DNA of 64,000 nucleotides from Podarcis tiliguerta (taxonomy: Eukaryota): the NCBI GenBank assembly GCA_965153285.1, contig OZ229113.1. One strand, 5' to 3'. A program made the position numbers and the translations under genes. The notes below the pieces were generated by a model. That model saw nothing but the letters and a program-made list of their open reading frames with translations. It was not told the DNA's origin and did not search any database. Each line of letters starts with the position of its first letter. The first letter of the stretch is position 1. Below, in pieces: positions 52,114 to 64,000 of this stretch.

Positions 52114-53150
52114 GTCTTGAGTCTAAATACTGAGGCCTGATTCTCAGAGGAGATCAAGGCCAAGTTCTTTAGTCGAAAGGCAGAGATACCTCCTGAGCTC
52201 CAGGTGAGAGCTCTGGTGCTGATGAGTCTATTCAAGAAGAGTCAAGCAATGGATTCATATTCTTTGAGTTACTGTCACTCATGGAAATCCTACTGAGATC
52301 CCTCTCTTTGGAAATATTGATCGCCATTTCTTAAATGTTTTATATAATATTATCACAGTAGTAAGACCTTGAAACATTCTTTTAAAAAACCTTTGATTAT
52401 TATGACAATGAATTATGCAGCTAATGTCAGCCACCAAAGCCAATAATCACTTTTGTGCCATTTAAAAAGTTTTCAGCAGCAAGATAATAGCTAAAACAAT
52501 AATAAAAAGATAGCTAAAATAAACAGGAACAAACCAAGTCAAATTTAAACCCACCAGCTCGCTAATCAGTGTGTTTCATTTGGTAGATTTGATTCACAAA
52601 AATCTTCAACTCAGATACCACAAAATGGAAAGGTTTGGCAGAAACTAAGAAAAAAAAAGAGGATAAAATATTATGTATATTTTCAATCAAAAGGTGCAGT
52701 AAGAACCAGAAATATAATGTGGGGAGGGAAAACATTTATAGTGCTGGGGGACCTCTGCATTATCAGATGGGGAATTCATGTGTAATACACCCATCCCTGG
52801 GCACTAGGTATTTATTAACAATGGATGAAAAATGTTCTGCCTCCAGCTGAATTCACATGAACAAAAGCAAACAAAGGGCGAGATGCTTTAACGCACCAGT
52901 ACACTTGAGCCAGGGATTCTGGCAGCAAAGCCCAGGACACTTTTACCCCCTGTGCCACTGGGACAATTCTCAGGCTGAGAGAACGACTGCCCTGACATCT
53001 GCGGTGCTGCAGACCCATCCATGTAATGCCCACAGAAGGCAGCTCATCAGCTTAACTAGATCAGGTGAGTTGAGAACCAATAGGGTCTGGCTGAGGGGTT
53101 TTTTTTTTACTGCAGCTCTGTGCTTGGTTCTTTAGTCTGATCAATTTGTC

Positions 53151-53722
53151 TGTCATGAGCCCCATGGAGACATATTGGCAGGGCTGGTCCAAGCGGGAGG
53201 AGGAAGAAAGGGGAGGGGCCTTGTGGCCTAGTGATCTAGATGCTGAGGAAGGGGCAAGTAGGTTGTCAGGGGAGAGGCCTACCTCTTTGATCCCCTGGCT
53301 GCCACAGTAGAGGAGCAACCTGACTTGCCTCGGCCACTGCCACCTGTCAGTGAAGTGTTTCCTGCTCCTGGGAAAGGCCCTGAGTGTAGAATGACAGTAA
53401 GCTGGTGTGTAAGCCCACCCACATCACCCAAGAAGCAGCCACAGCTAGCAGACCCAGCAGACCGCCTACCTGTAGGAGTGCCCACTTGCTTGCCTGATCC
53501 CAAGGCTTAGGGAAATGACTACATGAATGGACGTGCCTGTCCCACTCTTCCAAAGGTCAACCTGGGGGGCATGCCAGGTGTTGTACCATGTCTTAGCCTA
53601 GCCATGTACCTTAGAGCTCTGCTATGACTTCTGAACTGTGTAACCTGATATATATTTGGACACTGTAGTGAAATCTGGAATAAAGCCTTATATGATTACC
53701 AAGTCTGAGTAATGAGTCCACA
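53151..53722 (+). mobile_element. LTR-like element (right end approximate)
   Basis: Starts tgtcatgagccc, purine-rich then CCCA-rich body, AATAAA at about 53679; architecture similar to 30967-31562. Confidence 0.55.
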
Positions 53723-54687
53723 AGTGGCAGCCAAGATGCTGCCCTTGGGAGAAGCTCCTAAACAAATCACTTCATCTCCCTGCTCCAGAACATGACCACC
53801 AGGGCCATCTCAGACCATATCATCTGCTTCTCATCTTGCTGGGCTGTAACAGGCACTTCTTGAGGGTTGCCTTATTATGCTTTATGTAAAAGAAGGCATT
53901 CCCCACTTTCTCCCAGGTAAGAATATCATACTGGGCAAAGTTACTTGGACTTCCTTGAGAGGATGCAACTATTCTTTCTGCCTGAAGCAGATGTGGAGAG
54001 GGCACTAACACCAGTCATGCTTACATGAGGAAATCGCTCAGCTACAGGAATATTTGTTATAGGAGTGTCTAGGCTTCCTTAATGGGAAAAGCAGACACTG
54101 CTGGTGTGAACACAACCAGTGTGAAGGGGTCCTAAAACATTAACTTCTGTGTAGCACACATACACATGCATGCACACATACAAGCCCTGTTATGAATATG
54201 TCTATTTCGTTTTCTGTTCTTTGGCACCAGTACAGCAACAATTATCCAGACAAACCTTCTCATATGTCTGAATAATTTTGTTCTGAAATACAACGCTTAT
54301 AGGGCCTTATCGCTGGCAGCTAGAAAGGTGATGACTTGCTAGAATCCACATTAGTATTTAGTCTCTTCCAGCTGCTGCAGCTGGTGAGTGATGTGTCCTT
54401 AAGTCTTCCAAGAGAGAAGACAGTCTCATGAGAGAGAAGCGCATCTCATGGATTAACCTAAGTGGAACTGCTCACTCTAGATACTTCAGACAATAGCGTA
54501 TTGGAATTTTTTTATTAGCATTATTAAACAAGCTCTTTCCAGTCTACATTCTGGCAGAAACTTAAGCAGGAATATTCCGAACAGTGCAAAAATAAAGAAT
54601 TTAGCAGATCCATATTCATATAGATGGTTTTGCTCCCAACAATTGTACTTCAGATTCTTCCCAACAGAACGCTTCTAGTATGTATTT

Positions 54688-54711
54688 CAAATAAATAAAT
54701 AAATAAATAAA
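54688..54711. repeat. (AAAT)n microsatellite
   Basis: About six AAAT units. Confidence 0.9.
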
Positions 54712-55552
54712 TCCACTCGAGAGGAAGAAGAATTTAAATATTTTTGGAATGACAGATTATATATTATTATATTAGATCAACTGAACCATTTAATCTAAAA
54801 TAGGGAAGGCTGAGCAGATGTCGCCAGATAAGATTAGACTACTGACTTCAAACAGTGCTGATTGTCAAAGCTATATATTTGATCAGACAAATCAGTTTGT
54901 AATATATCATCCTTCTTAAAAATGAAAAGCCACAACCAACAAAAGGGAGGGAGGTATGAATGTTGAGGGTGGGGTGGGGGAGCCATGGTAGCAGTTATGA
55001 AATTAAGACTGATTGACTCAGAATACTTTACCAGCCAACCAGTAACAATGCTGTATTTGGCCTCTTTTAGAATGCCTCACCAATTTTCAGTGTTTGCTTT
55101 TGCATCTTAACTTTCTCTAGTAGTGCAGTTCTGGTACTTGGAACAAACTTCAGAAACTGTTTTAAAGAGCAAAATCCAGATGTTATAGATACAGTACATG
55201 GTGTTTCTGCTTATGCAAAGCACTTGTGCATGACGCAAGCTGCTATTCGAACTGTGTGTCAGAATAAAATGGGAGGGGGAAGGAGAGAAAGTATGACAAC
55301 ACTGGATATGGCTCTCTTGTCATATTTCCCACTTCCCCAAAAATCTGTAACAAAATTTTGGGAGCAGATGAGAAGACAGTACAATACATTTGTATTTGTT
55401 TAGTCCCACCTCTGCCCACAGTATTCATTCTGAGGCAATGAACCTCTTCTAATTAATATGAATACCTTGTTCTTCAGGACTGGTGACAAGGGATAGGCAA
55501 TAGGCAGTTGCATGGGATGGGACTCCAACTTCTTGTTGAAGACGAGTCCCAT

Positions 55553-55605
55553 CCTACCTACCTACTTACCTACCTACCTACCTACACACCCACCCACACA
55601 CACAC
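55553..55605. repeat. Compound (CCTA)n/(CA)n microsatellite
   Basis: cctacctacctacttacctacctacctacctacacacccacccacacacac. Confidence 0.9.
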
Positions 55606-56559
55606 CACTTCTATTCATAGCTGCCTGGGTCAGCAAGGCACAGCTCAATCGCTGTGTGCATGTTTAGAATACAACCCTGGGCAAATTGATTCATGAGAGA
55701 TCCTTCTTTGCCTGCTCCCACCCAAAGGTAGCCCCTGGAATAATCCAACAGCACTGATAACAGTGGCAACTCCAACTGTAAACGTTAAGTAGCCAATAAT
55801 TGGTTACATAAGTCAATGATTCAGTAGTTCCCAGAGGGAGAACGATGATGAGATAACAAAGACTCAGAATTCCTCATCTGCCTTCAGTCCCTTGCTGTCC
55901 ATGTTGAATTATTTCCTCTTTACTATTGTTTGGAAGTGAGATTAATAGGGGTTCAGCCTCCCCCTGGTTTTACATGGGGATGTTGCCTTTCTTTGGTCTT
56001 CAGTGCACCTGTCATGCATATGAGCAAATCACAGGTTGGAGTGGGATGTGGGATTGCTGTCCCTGCCTAAGCCAATGGAGGTTTTCCTATTCAATGCAAT
56101 GAAAGTTGAATCATATCCTCAAAGAAAAGGAACTGAGCAAACACCACCGTAATCTGAGCTAAACTGGCTCAGAGCCCAAGGTCAAATACACTGTCAAAAC
56201 TGAGAAACAGCTAATCCTAACATGAACAGGAAGCATCCTGATAAGATTTGTGATAAGGAACTCTTTTATGGCTCTAAGGACTTTTCTGCACCTCCCAAGC
56301 CTCTTGCACAGGTTGAAAAGAAATATCACAATGCAGGGCTATTGCAAGGCAGCATTTGAAGGCAAACCTCTACTCAGAAACGATACCAGGCTGCTGTCTA
56401 GACCCTCAGCTGTGATGCTCGCCCCACTTGTGAGGTCAATGTGGTCTTTCTGGGAAACCTAAAAAGATATACAACCATTCTAGTGATAAGAAACTAGTTT
56501 GTAAGGTGCAGAATACAGCTGATGGTGACAGGCAGCTGACAGCATGTGACAAATTTGCG

Positions 56560-56880
56560 AAAACATCTGCACCAACTGCCCATACATTACCAGGTTAAAT
56601 TCAAGGTTCTTGCATCAATATACAAAGCCCTGAGCAACTTGGGTCTAGAAAAGAATTGCCTGAGCCATTATATACCAGCTTGACCACTGAGAGCATCCAG
56701 AAGAGTACAGTTACCGGTAGTTATTCTCCTTGTTACAGAATCCTTTAACTGGACAGAATTCAGGCATTTAATGCAGCTGGTTCTGTGCTATGGATTACTC
56801 TTCCAGCAGAGATTCAGAATATATTATTGCTATTAACCTTTGGGTGTCTCTTGAAGACTTTATGTTGAGAGGCCTGCTAT
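56560..56880 (+). mobile_element. L2-group LINE 3' fragment
   Basis: Translates as HLHQLPIHYQVKFKVLASIYKALSNLG, matching the L2-type LHWLP...FK.L...YKAL motif; downstream AF..AG..LW..LP remnant. Confidence 0.75.
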
Positions 56881-56995
56881 GTTAACTCATTGCCAGTTGG
56901 GAACTATATTCAGTAGATAATTGACACACGCTGCTGCAATTCATTCCAGATTCTGTACATACCAGTTGTTGAAACCATCCTATCAAACACAAATA

Positions 56996-57223
56996 CAGTG
57001 GTATGCTTCAGGTTACATACGCTTCAGGTTACAGACTCCGCTAACCCAGAAATATTACCTCAGGTTAAGAACTTTGCTTCAGGATGAGAACAGAAATTGT
57101 GCAGCAGCGGTGCAGCGGCGGCTGGAGGCCCCATTAGCTAAAGTGGTGCTTCAGGTTAAGAACAGTTTCAGGTTAAGAACAGACCTCCAGAACTAATTAA
57201 GTTCTCAACCCGAGGTACCACTG
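56996..57223. mobile_element. Tc1/mariner (Tigger-like) MITE
   Basis: TA|cagtggta ... cccgaggtaccactg|TA; same family as 38008 and 45960. Confidence 0.92.
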
Positions 57224-57359
57224 TACTACATGGGCAGTCAAAGATTTTTGTCCTTGCTTTTTATTTATCTATCTCCAGCTATGCTTCCATTGAGCCCAAA
57301 GAACTATAGGTAACATCCCCAAGTACCTTCCCATCCAAGCACTGACCAGACCCAGACCT

Positions 57360-57528
57360 GCCTGGATAGCTCAATTGGGTAAGCATGGTGCTGATAATGC
57401 CAAGGTTGCAGGTTCAGTCCCTGTATGGGACAGCTGCTTTCAAAGTTGGAAGAGACCCTGAGGATTATCTCATCCTAGAAAATCCTCAGGGTTCTTTCCA
57501 ACTCTGAAATTCTATGGTTCTATGGTTC
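57360..57528 (+). mobile_element. tRNA-Ile-like SINE with CR1-type tail, abutting a reverse 5S-derived SINE fragment (about 57325-57361)
   Basis: ggatagctcaattgggtaagcatggtgctgataatgccaaggttgcaggttcagtccc head; ttccaactct...ttctatggttctatg tail. Confidence 0.75.
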
Positions 57529-60500
57529 TTTGAAGCTTTTTCTACATGGCTGGATGAGTTGGCAACATGAGCAAATGGTGCTACTGCCTTTCCTCATGAG
57601 GGAATAGTGCAGGCTTGTTATAGCTATCTTTGCAGAGAGTGATGAGAAGCAGAGCCCACATGCATAAACAGCACAGGGATTTGCATAGTGTACGGTTCCC
57701 AAGTCAATAACAGCACAATGTGCTGGGGATGTGGCTGGCTGAGAAATGTTTCATCTGTGTGCAATCCCTGCTAATTGCATAACCACAATACTTTATTATG
57801 TAGCTGTAATAGCAATAAATGGGATAGGATGTGGTTTCATAATACGCTACTGGAACAAACTGTTTAAAATAGTGTCAGGTTCATCTTGTAAATGATTTCC
57901 TGCATGCTATTTGGATAAGTTTTCTAAGTTTGCTATGTCATGAAGTTAAAACCTAATAAGTAATATATTAATGATCATTTGGGGTGGGGGTGGGGAGACA
58001 GGTTTACATGTTTTTGGTGGAGTAAGTAATATAAACGGTTTCAATTTCTGCATTAATGCCGCTGAACTTTGTCCCTCACTTCAGCCAAGAAACAATTTAT
58101 TTTTTCCTATAAAATCTTCAGCAGCCCAAATCCAGCTATGATTCCAAGAGGATCATCTAACCAAGGAAAAGGTATGGCTTCCATTAAATCCCTGCTTGAT
58201 TTAGTGACAATTCTTCTTGGAAACAAGAGGGGACTTTCCTACGATCCAGTGAGTCATGGGTGAAATGAAGAGAACGGGGATTGCAAGATTCTGGAATCCT
58301 TCTCAAAACCACAGAGTAGTTTTTCCAGGAAATGTTTACAGACTGGAAAAGAGGAAGTTTTTATTTTTATTGCCTTTCTCCTTTATTAAATGGCACGCTT
58401 AATAAGGGCTCCAGAGATTCATTGCTCAGATTCGGCAATCCAACTCAATATTCATCCTCCATTCTCTACTTTCCTTCCTTTCCTTTTTTTTTCATTTGAT
58501 CAACATTTGATTACCATTTCTCATACCCAGGGGAAAACAAAACCCCTGCAAAGCAAAGATTGCTCCATTGGGAGCAGTGCAGGGGATGGAATATTACTTC
58601 TTATAAGAACCAACCAATGAATGGCATAGCTGGCACGAGGAGCCCTCTCAGACTGCACATTTAGGAGCCAGGTATCTCTCTGGGTCCACCACAGACTCTC
58701 ACTCCTGGCATCACAGATTGGTGTAAAGGAGGCTTCTGTGGATTGCTAATCCAAGTATAAAGATGTGTCTTATAACATAGGCCCTTTGACCCTTGCCTGG
58801 TCAACAGAGCAGCACTCTCCAGCTTGGTTGCTATGTTGAACCTTCCCACCTTGGACTCCTGCTTCTCTGCACAGGAGTTCCAGTTCTCCTTGGATTTATT
58901 CTTTCTTCTTGTTCTGTCTCTCCCTTTGTTCTAACTCACTTTGTCCTGTCGCCTCCGTCCCAGCCTGTTTCAACAAAACTCTTGTTTGTCTTCTTGATGT
59001 CACCAGTGTTTTGGCTTCCAATTCTGACTGTGCTCTCTCCAAGCTATCCTGTATTGCCTCTACCCAATGTTTGCCCCTGAAACTGATGCAAAGTAGCTCC
59101 ATCCAACATAAAAGGACAATAGTACTATTGCTCCTACCACATTCTACAGTAGAGAGGAAGGATGGGGAGAATCTCAGCCCAGATCACCAAACGGTTTTCT
59201 CCTTCTTGGAGAGACTATATATTGAGAGGCATCTGCTTAATGAAGAGTGGGTACTTTGCCACCTGCCAGAGCCATTAAAATTATCTCCAGTATCCAAACT
59301 GGTAATGCACTCCTGATCAAATGCCAATCTTACAACTAGAATCACGGGGGGCGGGGATTGGAGAGGAACAGAATCCTTGGCCATGCATACCAATCATCAT
59401 CTTATTCCTTTAAATTAAATACAGCAATGCTGTTGTCAACACAAGTCGGGCAGATAATTACTATTACTATTATTATTTATTGGTTTTCATACCTACCCTT
59501 CACCACGAGGTCCCAGGATGGGCTAAAACAAAATAAAAACACAATAGTAAGATCAGTTAAAACAACGGAGAGAAGAATAGGGTGGGCTACATCCAACACC
59601 ACCTCACTGCTCACTGTCCAAGATCTCCCTCAAAGGTCTGGAGGACCCTCTGGAGCTGACGTGGTGTGGGCTGTGAAGAGGAAAGGAAGGGGAAGTCCTG
59701 TTGTATGAAGAAGACACCACTTGCTTAGCATAGCCATGTCTCATACATTTCAGGTGTCAAAAGCTAGGTAGCTTATAGCAAAAAGATTTGTGCTTTTGGT
59801 ACAAAAACTAGTACGCAGGCTCACTTTGCAATACAGTAATTCAATATACATAAGTTTTCCAGGAAGGAGTTCCAGAATACTGGGGTAGGGGGTAGGAATT
59901 ACATAATATGACTCCTGTTCATCCTCAGTTTCCCAGCAGAGTATTGAAACTTTCTTATATAGTCATTCCTGACCCACATTTCTTACATCTCTGCTGCCAT
60001 CTAGCTCTCCTGTCCCATTCTCACCACACGTTTGGCAGCCACCGCCATGCCTCCTCCACCCAAGACCACAGGGCTTTGATTCTGTATACAGCTGTCCCAT
60101 CCTGACACTAAATAAAAAAAAGCAGTAGGAAGTGGAGGGGAGATGGATAAAGAAACATGCTGCGCCGTTCCCGACATGTAATTTGGACCAAGGCACTTGC
60201 ATAATGCGTCCAAAAACAGGCACCCAAGCAGGCAAAAGAAACACCACAAGGCAGCATACAGAGCCAAGATCAAAGAACTACGCACAGAGGCTCTTGAAAG
60301 CTTTTCTCTAATTAAAATGCTAAAAAGGAAAAAAAAGAGTCCACTCCAGATGAAGGAGGCGAAGAAGGATGGAGGGAAAGAGAGAGAGAGAGACTGAACT
60401 AGGCTTTCTAGAGAAGGAAGATAGAACAAGATAATGCTGGATTCTTTTCATCAATTAAGTCATTATCTTTCTCTGTCTTGCACCCCCGTCCTCACCACCA

Positions 60501-63384
60501 TTAAAGAAAGCATAGAAACATTTAGAGAATTTTTTTAAAAAAAAGATAAAGCCTTTCAAATCTAAAATAGTACAGTATTCCTCAGCACTCCTCAATGACA
60601 AAGTGTTAGGTTTTTGGTTTTTTTAAGGGTCCTTGAAGTTCAGTGGTTGAGAGTCATTTTGAAACGTTAACCTGTTTGACAAGATATTTGTCAAAAGTCA
60701 TGCCAGAGTGTGCGAACTAATAAGACCCATATGTAACCGCTTAATGGTAAACACACTCTTAATCCTGTGTAGCTAAATGGTATAACAAAGGAATTAGCTG
60801 GTGACATCCACTTAGGAAATATGATCCAATCTATATTATGATTTTCTTTCTAACTGCTGAACTGATTTTGACACATATAAAAATGTGGCTTCAATCACAG
60901 GAAACTACACCACCATTAAGTGTGTGGGGAGTGTAAAAAGTAATGAGATTTTCAATAAGCCTACATCAGTAGGGATCTAAACAACAAGAATGCCACAGTT
61001 GGGCTTTGACAGAGGAAGGTGGTTGATCAGGTTCATTCAGAGTCTTTCTATTAATCACCAGTGAGATCAAGAGATTACTCTTTTTGGACCAGTATTAAAA
61101 TATGCCAAGTCAGGAAGGAAAAACAGTGAAACTTTCCTGACCAGCTTCCTATCATCTCCCAGAGCTTGGGTTCACTTACAGTAAATTCTCCATCCAAAGT
61201 TACATCTAAGAGAACAAGGATAAAAATTGCTCCCTTCTGGCCAACATTGAGAACTTGCTGTTGTGTTTATAAAACAGGAGGATTCAATTCCCTCCCCCCT
61301 TCTCGCGTCAAGGAAATAAAAGCAACTTGAAATCTGAGCTCCAGCTTTACATATTACATGCAATCCGGCAAAACAAACAAAGCAGAACGAAGGTGGCAAC
61401 CCTAAATACTCAAAGGCTAAGTCCTCCTGAACTCGCTGGTTCTTATTTCTGAGTAAACATGCATAGGGCTGAGTTTTAAGCCCTATTAAAATCAACAAAA
61501 CCCAAGTACATTAGGTAAAACCTTAAAACCTGCTGATTTTGCACAGAAGTCCATGCATGCATGTTTGAGCTCAGATTACTTAATTAGCCAGTAGCCAATG
61601 ACTTGAACGAACTGTATGTACAAACATGGTCCACTGATTGTGGGTGACAATATGAAAGCACTCTCTTGTTCTCTTGCTCTTTCTGGCAATTAATGTCTAT
61701 TTCACACAGACAACTCATCACTTTATTCTCCAGCTCTTCACAGATGAACATGGCCCATGTAGAAGTGGATTTTGGCCATGACTTAACTTGGTGCTCACCA
61801 AATTTCCTCTGTTTAGTTTTACCAGTTTGCTCACAGTGTATGCAGTTTGTTGGTATCAGCTGAACATGTGCCAATATTAGAGACTTCCAACCAGCATTAC
61901 ACATAAAGCTTCCTTACCCATTGGTCCATCTAGCTTAGCATAGTCCACACCAGGCATGGGGAACCTGGGCCCTCCTGTCATCCTTAACTATTGACCATGC
62001 TGGCTGGGGCATACGGGAGTTGCAGCCACACATTCCCCATCCCTAGTCCATGACATTCATACTGCTAGAGCATTGGTCCTCCAAACTTCATGTTAGCATT
62101 TTAAGAACGATGCTTTTTTGTGTGACCATAAATGTACGACTTTTCAAGATATGAAGGCATGCTTCGTGGCTGCAAATAAATGTATGATTTCTGGTGGATA
62201 TTTCACACACTCTTCAGTGAAGCATACGACTTGCCTCCTTGAAACTGGCTTGGTAAGTTGCTTTGGTCTCCACTAGACTGCACACTCCTTGTCTGCCCAG
62301 CATAAACTGCAGTTCCTTTTCCTCCATGTTGGTCAGGGGACTTTAAGTCACATAATCTACTATTTTGATGCAGGATGAAGACAGCAAGGCTACTCCTTCC
62401 CTAAGATTATTCAAATATTTACTCAGAGTTGCTTTCCTTGTAATATAAAGGAAATAAAGTTATTTTAAAGAAACACACAAAGAAGGTGTCTCTGATCAGA
62501 GCATAGCATGTATTATATCTCTCTTTGACAGTCAATTCCGAGGCCTGAAAGAAAAAAGGAAGGCAGACACTGATCGCTGCAGACAAGAATGACGTTTTAA
62601 AATGAAAAAGCAGAGCTGTTGGCAGAAAATAAAATCTGCTGCAGGATTTTATAATTAACATGTACCAAAACACTCGTAAGAAGTGTGCTGTTACATTTCT
62701 TCAACATGCTGGGACTTGTTTTAATGCCTTATGGCATTGGGAGATCACAGGAAACATTGACAGAGGTTAAAGCCAAGGTGAAGTGGGTCTCAGACACCCC
62801 TGCATGCAGTTTGGGAGAAATTCAGAGTAAGATCCCTGTCCCCCGTGCTGTTGCCTTCTGGCTGACAAACCCAAGTCAGCAAGGGGTTGCTTATGAGCAA
62901 TGCAAGGAGATACAGCGAGAGTTGTGTATGAATAGTTTATCCATTTTACTTAACATTTTTCACCTCTCACCTTTCCATCCCAAAGGATCTGCTAGGCAAC
63001 TTAACATCAATGCAAAAGCATAATATATACAAGCCCAAGAAAGCAATGCAATCACATAAAGCAACAGACCTCCGTAAGAGCATGAAGACAACTAGTTGCC
63101 CTCTGTCCCGAATGGCCTTTCAAACAGCAGGGTATTAACTAAATAGCCATCTGAACTGCATTATGAGAGGATTCCCTCCCAAGAAAGGCCTCCTGGCTCC
63201 ATAAACCAAGCCCCACCACTGAGAAGGCCCTGACTTTTGTAGGCACTGTTGGGACATCAAAAGGCTAGGAATAAGAAACCAGGCCTCCAAAGATCAACAT
63301 CAGTTCATATGGAATTGGGGAGGTTTACCGTGCAGTTTCTCTCCAGCAAAGAACGCTATAATGTAGCAGGAGTTTGCGCTCAAC

Positions 63385-63860
63385 CTTATCTATTTTATTC
63401 ATATCCCACCTTTTTCCCCATATAGGATCTTAGGCGGCTCACAACATGAATTAGAACAAATACAGCTTAAAACACACAATCAACACGATTTTTTAAAACA
63501 ACAACAACACACAAATAAATACATAATCCTAGCAAAAACCATTCATGAACACAGGAGGGGGTGGAGCCCATCACCCACCCTAAGAAGACCTTGCAACAAC
63601 AACCCATTAGTGTTGAAAGGCCTGTCCTCAGTAAATGTTCCTGTGAAGCTGGTGGCACCAAGAAAAAGACCTTCAGTGGAAGTTCTCAAAGCCTGGACAG
63701 GCTCCTATAGCAAGATATGGTCCTTCAGGAAGCCTGGACCCAAGTTGTACAGGGCTTTGTGAGACATAACCAGCACAATGAATTGTGCTTGGAAATGAAC
63801 CGGTAGCTAGTGGAGCTATTGCAACAAGGAGTTTCTGTTCTCCCTGGAACCTTGCCCCAA
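63385..63860 (-). mobile_element. Degraded L2-group LINE 3' fragment
   Basis: Reverse complement has cagctaccggttcatttccaagcacaattc.tt.tgctggttatgtctcacaaagccctgtacaacttgggtccagg (LP...AQF...KALYNLGP), ending in a tgagccgcctaagatcc...gggatat tail. Confidence 0.7.
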
Positions 63861-64000
63861 GTTAAGTCATTGATTGAAAATGCTGAAGTGCAACAAAATG
63901 AAGAAAGCGTTCTCTAGCACAGCCAGTGCTTAGCGATCCTCATCCCTCTTCCTTAGTATCTCATAACAGAACAAGTACAGACTTTTCAACAATGGAGACT

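Noticed and set aside
51730-52300. Possible third LTR remnant around the hAT MITE
   Set aside because: Composition is suggestive, but no termini or polyA signal could be defined.

Overview
Vertebrate genomic DNA, most likely from a lacertid lizard (Podarcis/Lacerta-like), judged from a Sauria SINE and the squamate MITE/SINE/CR1 repertoire. The window is CpG-poor with no CpG island. It contains no long cellular ORF, rRNA, intact tRNA or CRISPR array, and nearly all entries in the ORF track are chance ORFs. It reads as intronic or 5' sequence of a large gene. Mobile elements: one Sauria SINE, five TA-flanked Tc1/mariner (Tigger-like) MITEs (one carrying a nested MITE), several hAT-type MITEs with 8-bp TSDs, CR1/L2/RTE LINE fragments, tRNA- and 5S-derived SINE remnants and two LTR-like elements. 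The main non-repeat signal is on the minus strand: several short ATG-to-splice-donor segments (mostly phase 1) that look like alternative first coding exons, plus a 9-nt and a 36-nt candidate internal exon. These would splice to exons left of position 1. I could not identify the gene, and the exon calls rest only on splice-site and start-codon context. Repeat family names come from recall, not from a database search. I found no evidence for a wholly new biological system.
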